A stretch of 64,000 nucleotides of DNA from Eledone cirrhosa (taxonomy: Eukaryota). Below, in pieces: positions 1 through 15,480 of this stretch; the first letter of the stretch is position 1, and each line of letters starts with the position of its first letter. A program made the position numbers and the translations under genes. The notes below the pieces were generated by a model. It was not told where the DNA came from. It did no database searches and was given only the letters and a program-made list of their open reading frames with translations. Location of the stretch: positions 24,180,001-24,244,000 of the forward strand of contig OZ024748.1 of the NCBI GenBank assembly GCA_964016885.1. The letters run 5' to 3'.

Positions 1-149
1 TTATTATAGCGAAGTTTAAATTCTGTTGAGGTGGAACCAACATAGTTAAAAGAATTTAAGTCCGTTTTAACATTACAGTTGTATATTATATTTTTAACTA
101 AGCAATTGTTATTTAACGGACATTTAGATCTATCTCAGTTACATTTGTT

Positions 150-300
150 AACTTGGATATTATTTATGCTATTATCGGTATTTTGGCTAGGTTTTAAATT
201 CCTATTAAATAATAAATTCTATTAATATTTTGTGCTAAATTTTTGGTGGATGAGTAGGTTAATTTAATAGTATGTCTATTGAAAATTGAGTGATACCTAG
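150..300 (-). mobile_element. Penelope-like element ORF fragment (linker between RT and GIY-YIG)
   Basis: The minus strand from 298 reads RYHSIFNRHTIKLTYSSTKNLAQNI, resembling the PLE motif (L)HKIFNRNTVKxSYSCxxN. It is truncated by the minisatellite at 301. Confidence 0.6.
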
Positions 301-1520
301 GGGTGGTGGTGGTGGTGGTGGTGGTGTAGTGGGGGAGATTGAGACAGGGGTGGTGGTGGTGGTGTAGTGGGGGAGATTGAGACGGTGGTGGTGGTGGTGG
401 TGTAGTGGGGGAGATTGAGACAGGGGTGGTGGTGGTGTAGTGGGGGAGATTGAGACAGGGGTGGTGGTGGTGGTGTAGTGGGGGAGATTGAGACAGGGGT
501 GGTGGTGGTGGTGGTGGTGGTGGTGTAGTGGGGGAGATTGAGACAGGGGTGGTGGTGGTGGTGTAGTGGGGGAGATTGAGACAGGGGTGGTGGTGGTGGT
601 GGTGGTGGTGGTGGTGTAGTGGGGGAGATTGAGACAGGGGTGGTGGTGGTGGTGTAGTGGGGGAGATTGAGACAGGGGTGGTGGTGGTGGTGGTGTAGTA
701 CTGTAGTGGGGGAGATTAAGACAGGGGTGGTGGCGGTGGTGGTGGTGGTGTACTGTAGTGGGGGAGATTGAGACAGGGGTGGTGGTGGTGGTGGTGGTGG
801 TGGTGGTGGTGTACTGTAGTGGGGGAGATTAAGACAGGGGTGGTGGTGGTGGTGTAGTGGGGGAGATTGAGAAAGGGGTGGTGGTGGTGGTGTAGTACTA
901 TAGTGGGGGAGATTGAGATAGTGGTGGTGGTGGTGGTGGTGTAGTACTGTAGTGGGGGAGATTGAGACAGGGGTGGTGGTGGTGGTGTAGTGGGGGAGAT
1001 TGAGACAGGGGTGGTGGTGGTGGTGTAGTACTGTAGTGGGGGAGATTGAGACAGGGGTGGTGGTGGTGGTGGTGTAGTGGGGGAGATTGAGACAGGGGTG
1101 GTGGTGGTGGTGTAGTACTATGGTGGGGGAGATTGAGACAGTGGTGGTGGTGGTGGTGGTGTAGTACTGTAGTGGGGGAGATTGAGACAGGGGTGGTGGT
1201 GGTGGTGTAGTACTGTAGTGGGGGAGATTGAGACAGTGGTGGTGGTGGTGGTGTAGTGGGGGAGATTGAGACAGGGGTGGTGGTGGTGTAGTGGGGGAGA
1301 TTGAGACAGGGGTGGTGGTGGTGGTGTAGTACTATAGTGGGGGAGATTGAGACAGTGGTGGTGGTGGTGGTGTAGTACTGTAGTGGGGGAGATTGAGACA
1401 GGGGTGGTGGTGGTGGTGAAGTGGGGGAGATTGAGACAGGGGTGGTGGTGGTGTAGTGGGGGAGATTGAGACAGGGGTGGTGGTGGTGTAATGGGGGAGA
1501 TTGAGACAGGGGTGGTGGTG
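301..1520 (+). repeat. G-rich minisatellite, ~33-50 bp unit GTAGTGGGGGAGATTGAGACAGGG(GGT)n
   Basis: Directly visible tandem repeat with a variable GGT count and an optional GTAGTACT insert. Its reverse complement is at 13778-14930. Confidence 0.95.
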
Positions 1521-1589
1521 TGGTTGATATCAGAGAATATCAATCTGGAAAAGAAATATGTATGTTGTTGGTTTTGAAAGTTCCAGTTA

Positions 1590-1795
1590 ATACAATCAAA
1601 GGAACTGCTTGCTCGTGGAATCAACGTATAAGTATCTGAGCATTCAACGGTCACGTGCAATCTTAACGTAGTTATCAGGGAGATTCAGCGTGACACGATG
1701 TGAGACCCCCCCCCCCCCATGAATTACAGGTGAAAATTGATTTTTGCAAGCTGAGTGGACTGATGCAACGCCAAATAACGTGTTTTGTTTAACCG
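1590..1795 (-). mobile_element. SINE fragment (second dispersed family); mirror copy at ~13505-13710
   Basis: Shares CTTAACGTAGTT...GGGAGATTCAGCGTGACAC...GAATTACAGGT...GCTGAGTGGACTG blocks with 37100-37340, 40335-40735 and 50555-50830. Confidence 0.6.
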
Positions 1796-1969
1796 TTTAG
1801 CATCGAAATCAACCATATCCGGCCAGAATTCTCTTACCTTTTCTGATCAATCCGGCCACAACCGGCAGCTCATACCGATGTTAAGGTATTGTTCTCAAAA
1901 TAAATAATGTCAAAATATATGTGTGTGTATTTATATTGATGTTATGGTATTGTTCTCAAAATAAATAAT

Positions 1970-2154
1970 TGTTTCTACTTTAGGCACAAGGCCAGCAATT
2001 ACCCAGTGTATTACTGGTACTTTATTTTATCGACCCCGTAAGGATGAAAGGCAGAGTCAAGCTCGGCAGGATTTGAACTCAGATCGTAAAGGGACGTAAC
2101 TATGCTGGAAAGCATGGCGCCCGACTCTCTACTGATACTGCCAATCCACCGCCC
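1970..2154 (-). mobile_element. tRNA-derived SINE with Nin/Deu-like core and 21-bp target-site duplication
   Basis: A-box-like TGGCAGTATCAG, B-box GTTCAAATCC, core GCCTTTCATCCTTACGGGGTCGATAAAATAAAGTACCAG. Flanked by the direct repeat ATTGTTCTCAAAATAAATAAT at 1949-1969 and 2155-2175. Confidence 0.85.
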
Positions 2155-2254
2155 ATTGTTCTCAAAATAAATAATATTATGTGAGATAATTACGTGAGAT
2201 AAAGCCTTTACCGTAAAAATATAATAGTAAATATAGAGTAATGTAAATGCTGAA

Positions 2255-2350
2255 GGGTTAAGGACACAACGCACCGCCCAATCAAGGAATCAACCTCACG
2301 ACCTGACGTTTGTGAATTGAACACCTTAACCACTAAGCTACACGCCTCCA
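2255..2350 (-). mobile_element. tRNA-derived SINE head; mirror copy at 12952-13045
   Basis: GGAGGCGTGTAGCTTAGTGGTTAAGG...GGTTGATTCC...GCGTTGTGTCCTT: A/B boxes followed by non-tRNA SINE body. Confidence 0.65.
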
Positions 2351-2592
2351 CGTATGTAATACAGAATGATATTACATCTGTTACGTTCTAAACAAAATAA
2401 TTGGATTCTAACTTCTGTAGAACTAAGGAAGCCATATATGTAAAGTGATGGGAAACCTTTCAATACGGCCAACATTACTTCAAACCAAATATATATTTAC
2501 TTCGTTGACATGACGTTTACATAGATAATGAACATTCAGCAAATAACAGGAACTAGTAGTTTCATGTAAGGATAATGAATGTATGATTTCGC

Positions 2593-2626
<34 letters not shown>

Positions 2627-2749
2627 ACACGCCCACACACACACCCACACACCCACGCACATTTATTTATAGTTGTTATTTATTCAATCATTTATTTCTA
2701 AGTGTTTCGTATGCCTCATCTCAATCGACACATTATGGTGTAAACAGGA

Positions 2750-3085
2750 GCAAGAACTCCACGTCGGTAGTATTGATCCACCATTGATATGGGATCGTGT
2801 CTTACACGACGAAGTACCGTTATACAAATAAATGTTAAGACAGGTTTGTGTAATTACATAATTACTCCGCAGCCAATTTTCTCCAGTGTTTGTCGGAGAT
2901 CACCTTCCGACAAGTTAAGTAACACCATGTCGGTTGGGGGGTTTGTATGGAGATCCATCCGGATCACATGCAGAGGGTTGGTTCTGATAGGACCCCTCTA
3001 GAAGATGTGATTAACGATTCTACTCCCAGGACCAGTTCCTCATGAATAAGTGGATGAAGAAGAAGAAGAAGAAGAAAAAGAAGAA
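2750..3085 (+). mobile_element. Degenerate RTE-like LINE 3' end with (GAA)n tail; mirror copy at ~12225-12560
   Basis: ATCCATCCGGATC...TCTGATAGGACCCCTCTAGAAG resembles 60947-60996 of the RTE-like fragment. Both end in a GAA-repeat tail. Confidence 0.5.
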
Positions 3086-3176
3086 AGGGAGAAAGAAGAA
3101 ACACTTTTAAATTTTAGATCTATATATGTGTGTATTTATGCATTTCTCTCTCTCTCTCACTCTCTCTATTTATATG

Positions 3177-3338
<162 letters not shown>

Positions 3339-3340
<2 letters not shown>

Positions 3341-6300
3341 AATGTAAGTATGCATGTATACGTACATACATATATGTATACAGACGTACAGTAGCATGCA
3401 CATATATATATATATATACATATATACATACATATGCATACAGGTACACATACATATATGCACGTATCAGTTTAGCGGCGCTTATTATAACGTCGCTTTG
3501 TTGGTTTGTAAACAAACTGAACAGCCTGAATTTATGCCATACGGTGTTAAGGCAACCACGTCACCTTTTTGTTCAACACTGACACAGGAACGATGTACTA
3601 GTTTCAAGCTTGTTAGCTATCATCAGCACCGTTTACCCATCTGCCAGATAGTTGAACGTTCGAAAGTATATACTTTCCTTATGAAAATTAACGGCTGACC
3701 AGCCTAATTTGCATATTGAGTGAGTTAAATCGGTCAGGCATACCGAAAACGATAAATTGAAACAAAATGAAAACGAAATTTCATTTCTCACTCTTAGTAT
3801 GGCACTTACTTAAATGTAAGTATGCATGTATACGTACATACATATATGTATACAGACGTACAGTAGCATGCACATATATATATATACATATATACATACA
3901 TATGCATACAGGTACACATACATATATGCACGTATCAGTTTAGCGGCGCTTATTATAACGTCGCTTTGTTCGTTTGTAAACAAACTGAACAGCCTGAATT
4001 TATGCCATACGGTGTTAAGGCAACCACGTCACCTTTTTGTTCAACACTGACACAGGAACGATGTACTAGTTTCAAGCTTGTTAGCTATCATCAGCACCGT
4101 TTACCCATCTGCCAGATAGTTGAACGTTCGAAAGTATATACTTTCCTTATGAAAATTAACGGCTGACCAGCCTAATTTGCATATTGAGTGAGTTAAATCG
4201 GTCAGGCATACCGAAAACGATAAATTGAAACAAAATGAAAACGAAATTTCATTTCTCACTCTTAGTATGGCACTTACTTAAATGTAAGTATGCATGTATA
4301 CGTACATACATATATGTATACAGACGTACAGTAGCATGCACATATATATATATATATATATACATATATACATACATATGCATACAGGTACACATACATA
4401 TATGCACGTATCAGTTTAGCGGCGCTTATTATAACGTCGCTTTGTTCGTTTGTAAACAAACTGAACAGCCTGAATTTATGCCATACGGTGTTAAGGCAAC
4501 CACGTCACCTTTTTGTTCAACACTGACACAGGAACGATGTACTAGTTTCAAGCTTGTTAGCTATCATCAGCACCGTTTACCCATCTGCCAGATAGTTGAA
4601 CGTTCGAAAGTATGTACTTTCCTTATGAAAATTAACGGCTGAGCAGCCTAATTTGCATATTGAGTGAGTTAAATCGGTCAGGCATACCGAAAACGATAAA
4701 TTGAAACAAAATGAAAACGAAATTTCATTTCTCACTCTTAGTATGGCACTTACTTAAATGTAAGTATGCATGTATACGTACATACATATATGTATACAGA
4801 CGTACAGTAGCATGCACATATATATATATATATACACATATACATACATATGCATACAGGTACACATACATATATGCACGTATCAGTTTAGCGGCGCTTA
4901 TTATAACGTCGCTTTGTTCGTTTGTAAACAAACTGAACAGCCTGAATTTATGCAATACGGTGTTAAGGCAACCACGTCACCTTTTTGTTCAACACTGACA
5001 CAGGAACGATGTACTAGTTTCAAGCTTGTTAGCTATCATCAGCACCGTTTACCCATCTGCCAGATAGTTGAACGTTCGAAAGTATATACTTTCCTTATGA
5101 AAATTAACGGCTGACCAGCCTAATTTGCATATTGATTGAGTTAAATCGGTCAGGCATACCGAAAACGATAAATTGAAACAAAATGAAAACGAAATTTCAT
5201 TTCTCACTCTTAGTATGGCACTTACTTAAATGTAAGTATGCATGTATACGTACATACATATATGTATACAGACGTACAGTAGCATGCACATATATATATA
5301 TATATACATATATACATACATATGCATACAGGTACACATACATATATGCACGTATCAGTTTAGCGGCGCTTATTATAACGTCGCTTTGTTCGTTTGTAAA
5401 CAAACTGAACAGCCTGAATTTATGCCATACGGTGTTAAGGCAACCACGTCACATTTTGTTCAACACTGACACAGGAACGATGTACTAGTTTCAAGCTTGT
5501 TAGCTATCATCAGCACCGTTTACCCATCTGCCAGATAGTTGAACGTTCGAAAGTATATACTTTCCTTATGAAAATTAACGGCTGACCAGCCTAATTTGCA
5601 TATTGATTGAGTTAAATCGGTCAGGCATACCGAAAACGATAAATTGAAACAAAATGAAAACGAAATTTCATTTCTCACTCTTAGTATGGCACTTACTTAA
5701 ATGTAAGTATGCATGTATACGTACATACATATATGTATATAGACGTACAGTAGCATGCACATATATATATATATATACATATATACATACATATACATAC
5801 AGGTACACATACATATATGCACGTATCAGTTTAGCGGCGCTTATTATAACGTCGCTTTGTTCGTTTGTAAACAAACTGAACAGCCTGAATTTATGCCATA
5901 CGGTGTTAAGGCAACCACGTCACCTTTTTGTTCAACACTGACACAGGAACGATGTACTAGTTTCAAGCTTGTTAGCTATCATCAGCACCGTTTACCCATC
6001 TGCCAGATAGTTGAACCTTCGAAAGTATATACTTTCCTTATGAAAATTAACGGCTGAGCAGCCTAATTTGCATAATGAGTGAGTTAGATCGGTCAGGCAT
6101 ACCGAAAACGATAAATTGAAACAAAATGAAAACGAAATTTCATTTCTCACTCTTAGTATGGCACTTACTTAAATGTAAGTATGCATGTATACGTACATAC
6201 ATATATGTATACAGACGTACAGTAGCATGCACATATATATATATATATACATATATACATACATATGCATACAGGTACACATACATATATGCACGTATCA

Positions 6301-9300
6301 GTTTAGCGGCGCTTATTATAACGTCGCTTTGTTCGTTTGTAAACAAACTGAACAGCCTGAATTTATGCCATACGGTGTTAAGGCAACCACGTCACCTTTT
6401 TGTTCAACACTGACACAGGAACGATGTACTAGTTTCAAGCTTGTTAGCTATCATCAGCACCGTTTACCCATCTGCCAGATAGTTGAACCTTCGAAAGTAT
6501 ATACTTTCCTTATGAAAATTAACGGCTGAGCAGCCTAATTTGCATATTGAGTGAGTTAAATCGGTCAGGCATACCGAAAACGATAAATTGAAACAAAATG
6601 AAAACGAAATTTCATTTCTCACTCTTAGTATGGCACTTACTTAAATGTAAGTATGCATGTATACGTACATACATATATGTATACAGACGTACAGTAGCAT
6701 GCACATATATATATATATATACATATATACATACATATGCATACAGGTACACATACATATATGCACGTATCAGTTTAGCGGCGCTTATTATAACGTCGCT
6801 TTGTTCGTTTGTAAACAAACTGAACAGCCTGAATTTATGCCATACGGTGTTAAGGCAACCACGTCACCTTTTTGTTCAACACTGACACAGGAACGATGTA
6901 CTAGTTTCAAGCTTGTTAGCTATCATCAGCACCGTTTACCCATCTGCCAGATAGTTGAACCTTCGAAAGTATATACTTTCCTTATGAAAATTAACGGCTG
7001 AGCAGCCTAATTTGCATATTGAGTGAGTTAAATCGGTCAGGCATACCGAAAACGATAAATTGAAACAAAATGAAAACGAAATTTCATTTCTCACTCTTAG
7101 TATGGCACTTACTTAAATGTAAGTATGCATGTATACGTACATACATATATGTATACAGACGTACAGTAGCATGCACATATATATATATATATACATATAT
7201 ACATACATATGCATACAGGTACACATACATATATGCACGTATCAGTTTAGCGGCGCTTATTATAACGTCGCTTTGTTCGTTTGTAAACAAACTGAACAGC
7301 CTGAATTTATGCCATACGGTGTTAAGGCAACCACGTCACCTTTTTGTTCAACACTGACACAGGAACGATGTACTAGTTTCAAGCTTGTTAGCTATCATCA
7401 GCACCGTTTACCCATCTACCAGATAGTTGAACGTTCGAAAGTATATACTTTCCTTATGAAAATTAACGGCTGAGCAGCCTAATTTGCATATTGAGTGAGT
7501 TAAATCGGTCAGGCACACCGAAAACGATACATTGAAACAAAATGAAAACGAAATTTCATTTCTCACTCTTAGTATGGCACTTACTTAAATGTAAGTATGC
7601 ATGTATACGTACATACATATATGTATACAGACATACAGTAGCATGCACATATATATATATATATACATATATACATACATATGCATACAGGTACACATAC
7701 ATATATGCACGTATCAGTTTAGCGGCGCTTATTATAACGTCGCTTTGTTCGTTTGTAAACAAACTGAACAGCCTGAATTTATGCCATACGGTGTTAAGGC
7801 AACCACGTCACCTTTTTGTTCAACACTGACACAGGAACGATGTACTAGTTTCAAGCTTGTTAGCTATCATCAGCACCGTTTACCCATCTGCCAGATAGTT
7901 GAACGTTCGAAAGTATATACTTTCCTTATGAAAATTAACGGCTGAGCAGCCTAATTTGCATATTGAGTGAGTTAAATCGGTCAGGCATACCGAAAACGAT
8001 AAATTGAAACAAAATGAAAACGAAATTTCATTTCTCACACTTAGTATGGCACTTACTTAAATGTAAGTATGCATGTATACGTACATACATATATGTATAC
8101 AGACGTACAGTAGCATGCACATATATATATATATATATACATATATACATACATATGCATACAGGTACACATACATATATGCACGTATCAGTTTAGCGGC
8201 GCTTATTATAACGTCGCTTTGTTCGTTTGTAAACAAACTGAACAGCCTGAATTTATGCCATACGGTGTTAAGGCAACCACGTCACCTTTTTGTTCAACAC
8301 TGACACAGGAACGATGTACTAGTTTCAAGCTTGTTAGCTATCATCAGCACCGTTTACCCATCTACCAGATAGTTGAACGTTCGAAAGTATATACTTTCCT
8401 TATGAAAATTAACGGCTGAGCAGCCTAATTTGCATATTGAGTGAGTTAAATCGGTCAGGCATACCGAAAACGATACATTGAAACAAAATGAAAACGAAAT
8501 TTCATTTCTCACTCTTAGTATGGCACTTACTTAAATGTAAGTATGCATGTATACGTACATACATATATGTATACAGACATACAGTAGCATGCACATATAT
8601 ATATATATATATACATATATACATACATATGCATACAGGTACACATACATATATGCACGTATCAGTTTAGCGGCGCTTATTATAACGTCGCTTTGTTCGT
8701 TTGTAAACAAACTGAACAGCCTGAATTTATGCCATACGGTGTTAAGGCAACCACGTCACCTTTTTGTTCAACACTGACACAGGAACGATGTACTAGTTTC
8801 AAGCTTGTTAGCTATCATCAGCACCGTTTACCCATCTGCCAGATAGTTGAACGTTCGAAAGTATATAATTTCCTTATGAAAATTAACGGCTGAGCAGCCT
8901 AATTTGCATATTGAGTGAGTTAAATCGGTCAGGCATACCGAAAACGATAAATTGAAACAAAATGAAAACGAAATTTCATTTCTCACTCTTAGTATGGCAC
9001 TTACTTAAATGTAAGTATGCATGTATACGTACATACATATATGTATACAGACGCACAGTAGCATGCACATATATATATATATATATATACATATATACAT
9101 ACATATGCATACAGGTACACATACATATATGCACGTATCAGTTTAGCGGCGCTTATTATAACGTCGCTTTGTTCGTTTGTAAACAAACTGAACAGCCTGA
9201 ATTTATGCCATACGGTGTTAAGGCAACCACGTCACCTTTTTGTTCAACACTGACACAGGAACGATGTACTAGTTTCAAGCTTGTTAGCTATCATCAGCAC

Positions 9301-11685
9301 CGTTTACCCATCTGCCAGATAGTTGAACGTTCGAAAGTATATACTTTCCTTATGAAAATTAACGGCTGAGCAGCCTAATTTGCATATTGAGTGAGTTAAA
9401 TCGGTCAGGCATACCGAAAACGATACATTGAAACAAAATGAAAACGAAATTTCATTTCTCACTCTTAGTATGGCACTTACTTAAATGTAAGTATGCATGT
9501 ATACGTACATACATATATGTATACAGACATACAGTAGCATGCACATATATATATATATATATACATATATACATACATATGCATACAGGTACACATACAT
9601 ATATGCACGTATCAGTTTAGCGGCGCTTATTATAACGTCGCTTTGTTCGTTTGTAAACAAACTGAACAGCCTGAATTTATGCCATACGGTGTTAAGGCAA
9701 CCACGTCACCTTTTTGTTCAACACTGACACAGGAACGATGTACTAGTTTCAAGCTTGTTAGCTATCATCAGCACCGTTTACCCATCTGCCAGATAGTTGA
9801 ACGTTCGAAAGTATATACTTTCCTTATGAAAATTAACGGCTGAGCAGCCTAATTTGCATATTGAGTGAGTTAAATCGGTCAGGCATACCGAAAACGATAA
9901 ATTGAAACAAAATGAAAACGAAATTTCATTTCTCACTCTTAGTATGGCACTTACTTAAATGTAAGTATGCATGTATACGTACATACATATATGTATACAG
10001 ACGTACAGTAGCATGCACATATATATATATATATACATATATACATACATATGCATACAGGTACACATACATATATGCACGTATCAGTTTAGCGGCGCTT
10101 ATTATAACGTCGCTTTGTTCGTTTGTAAACAAACTGAACAGCCTGAATTTATGCCATACGGTGTTAAGGCAACCACGTCACCTTTTAGTTCAACACTGAC
10201 ACAGGAACGATGTACTAGTTTCAAGCTTGTTAGCTATCATCAGCACCGTTTACCCATCTGCCAGATAGTTGAACGTTCGAAAGTATATACTTTCCTTATG
10301 AAAATTAACGGCTGAGCAGCCTAATTTGCATATTGAGTGAGTTAAATCGGTCAGGCATACCGAAAACGATAAATTGAAACAAAATGAAAACGAAATTTCA
10401 TTTCTCACTCTTAGTATGGCACTTACTTAAATGTAAGTATGCATGTATACGTACATACATATATGTATACAGACGTACAGTAGCATGCACATATATATAT
10501 ATATATACATATATACATACATATGCATACAGGTACACATACATATATGCACGTATCAGTTTAGCGGCGCTTATTATAACGTCGCTTTGTTCGTTTGTAA
10601 ACAAACTGAACAGCCTGAATTTATGCCATACGGTGTTAAGGCAACCACGTCACCTTTTTGTTCAACACTGACACAGGAACGATGTACTAGTTTCAAGCTT
10701 GTTAGCTATCATCAGCACCGTTTACCCATCTGCCAGATAGTTGAACGTTCGAAAGTATATACTTTCCTTATGAAAATTAACGGCTGACCAGCCTAATTTG
10801 CATATTGAGTGAGTTAAATCGGTCAGGCATACCGAAAACGATAAATTGAAACAAAATGAAAACGAAATTTCATTTCTCACTCTTAGTATGGCACTTACTT
10901 AAATGTAAGTATGCATGTATACGTACATACATATATGTATACAGACGTACAGTAGCATGCACATATATATATATATATACATATATACATACATATGCAT
11001 ACAGGTACACATACATATATGCACGTATCAGTTTAGCGGCGCTTATTATAACGTCGCTTTGTTCGTTTGTAAACAAACTGTACAGCCTGAATTTATGCCA
11101 TACGGTGTTAAGGCAACCACGTCACCTTTTTGTTCAACACTGACACAGGAACGATGTACTAGTTTCAAGCTTGTTAGCTATCATCAGCGCCGTTTACCCA
11201 TCTGCCAGATAGTTGAACGTTCGAAAGTATATACTTTCCTTATGAAAATTAACGGCTGAGCAGCCTAATTTGCATATTGAGTGAGTTAAATCGGTCAGGC
11301 ATACCGAAAACGATAAATTGAAACAAAATGAAAACGAAATTTCATTTCTCACTCTTAGTATGGCACTTACTTAAATGTAAGAATGCATGTATACGTACAT
11401 ACATATATGTATACAGACGTACAGTAGCATGCACATATATATATATATATACATATATACATACATATGCATACAGGTACACATACATATATGCACGTAT
11501 CAGTTTAGCGGCGCTTATTATAACGTCGCTTTGTTCGTTTGTAAACAAACTGAACAGCCTGAATTTATGCCATACGGTGTTAAGGCAACCACGTCACCTT
11601 TTTGTTCAACACTGACACAGGAACGATGTACTAGTTTCAAGCTTGTTAGCTATCATCAGCGCCGTTTACCCATCTGCCAGATAGT

Positions 11686-11688
<3 letters not shown>
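3339..11688 (-). repeat. Tandem array of ~17.7 copies of a ~472-bp hammerhead-containing unit (candidate non-LTR retrozyme array)
   Basis: CGATGTACTAG recurs at 3591, 4059, 4535, 5007, 5478, 5950, 6422, 6894, 7366, 7838, 8312, 8786, 9262, 9736, 10208, 10680, 11152 and 11624. The period is 468-476, varying mostly in an internal TA run. Units are near-identical. Confidence 0.95.
3589..3633 (-). ncRNA. Minimal type I hammerhead ribozyme (copy 1 of 18, one per repeat unit)
   Basis: Minus strand reads AACGGUG-CUGAUGA-U-AGCU-AACA-AGCU-U-GAAAC-UA-GUA|CAUCGUU. Stem I is 7 bp (one G-U), the core is intact, stem II is 4 bp, stem III is the palindrome ACUAGU, and the GUA cleavage site lies between 3596 and 3595. 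Confidence 0.88.
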
Positions 11689-14950
<3,262 letters not shown>

Positions 14951-15145
14951 CCACCACCACCACCACCACCACCACCACCACCACCACTATAGTGCTACAG
15001 TCTAATCTTGTTTACTCTGTTGACTGATGTTGATAGAAGAGCAACACTGACCTCATCAAAATCTCACTTTTTCTAATTCTTTATCTTCTCTGACGTCATC
15101 ACCGTATCTTCTATTCTAACACTTCCTGGCAGCCATCTTGAAACT

Positions 15146-15325
15146 ATGTTTACATATCTGTCAACAAGGTTGTCACCTTCTACGTGGTCACTCGACCTGC
15201 TAGAAATAGTAACTAATTCTTCATCAAATCACACAATGTTTACATACATGTCAACAAAGTTGTCACCTTCCACGTGGTCACTCGACTTGCTAGAAATAGT
15301 AACTAATTCTCCATTAAATCACACA
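15146..15325 (+). repeat. 90-bp imperfect tandem duplication containing a dispersed-repeat motif
   Basis: Two copies of ATGTTTACATA...GGTCACTCGACCTGCTAGAAATAGTAACTAATTCT...AAATCACACA. The motif ACTCGACCTGCTAGAAATA recurs at ~55633. Confidence 0.8.
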
Positions 15326-15441
15326 TTGTCAGTCACTAAAAAGAAGGTCGAGTTAGTCAGATATCACGATATACACATTCACTCATTTACAAACATTGTT
15401 TTTCCATAGAGACTGTATCTGACACAGAGGATGTGTATATG

Positions 15442-15473
<32 letters not shown>

Positions 15474-15480
15474 TGTATGT

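Noticed and set aside
301-1520. Telomeric repeat
   Set aside because: No TTAGGG array; it is a GGT-based minisatellite.
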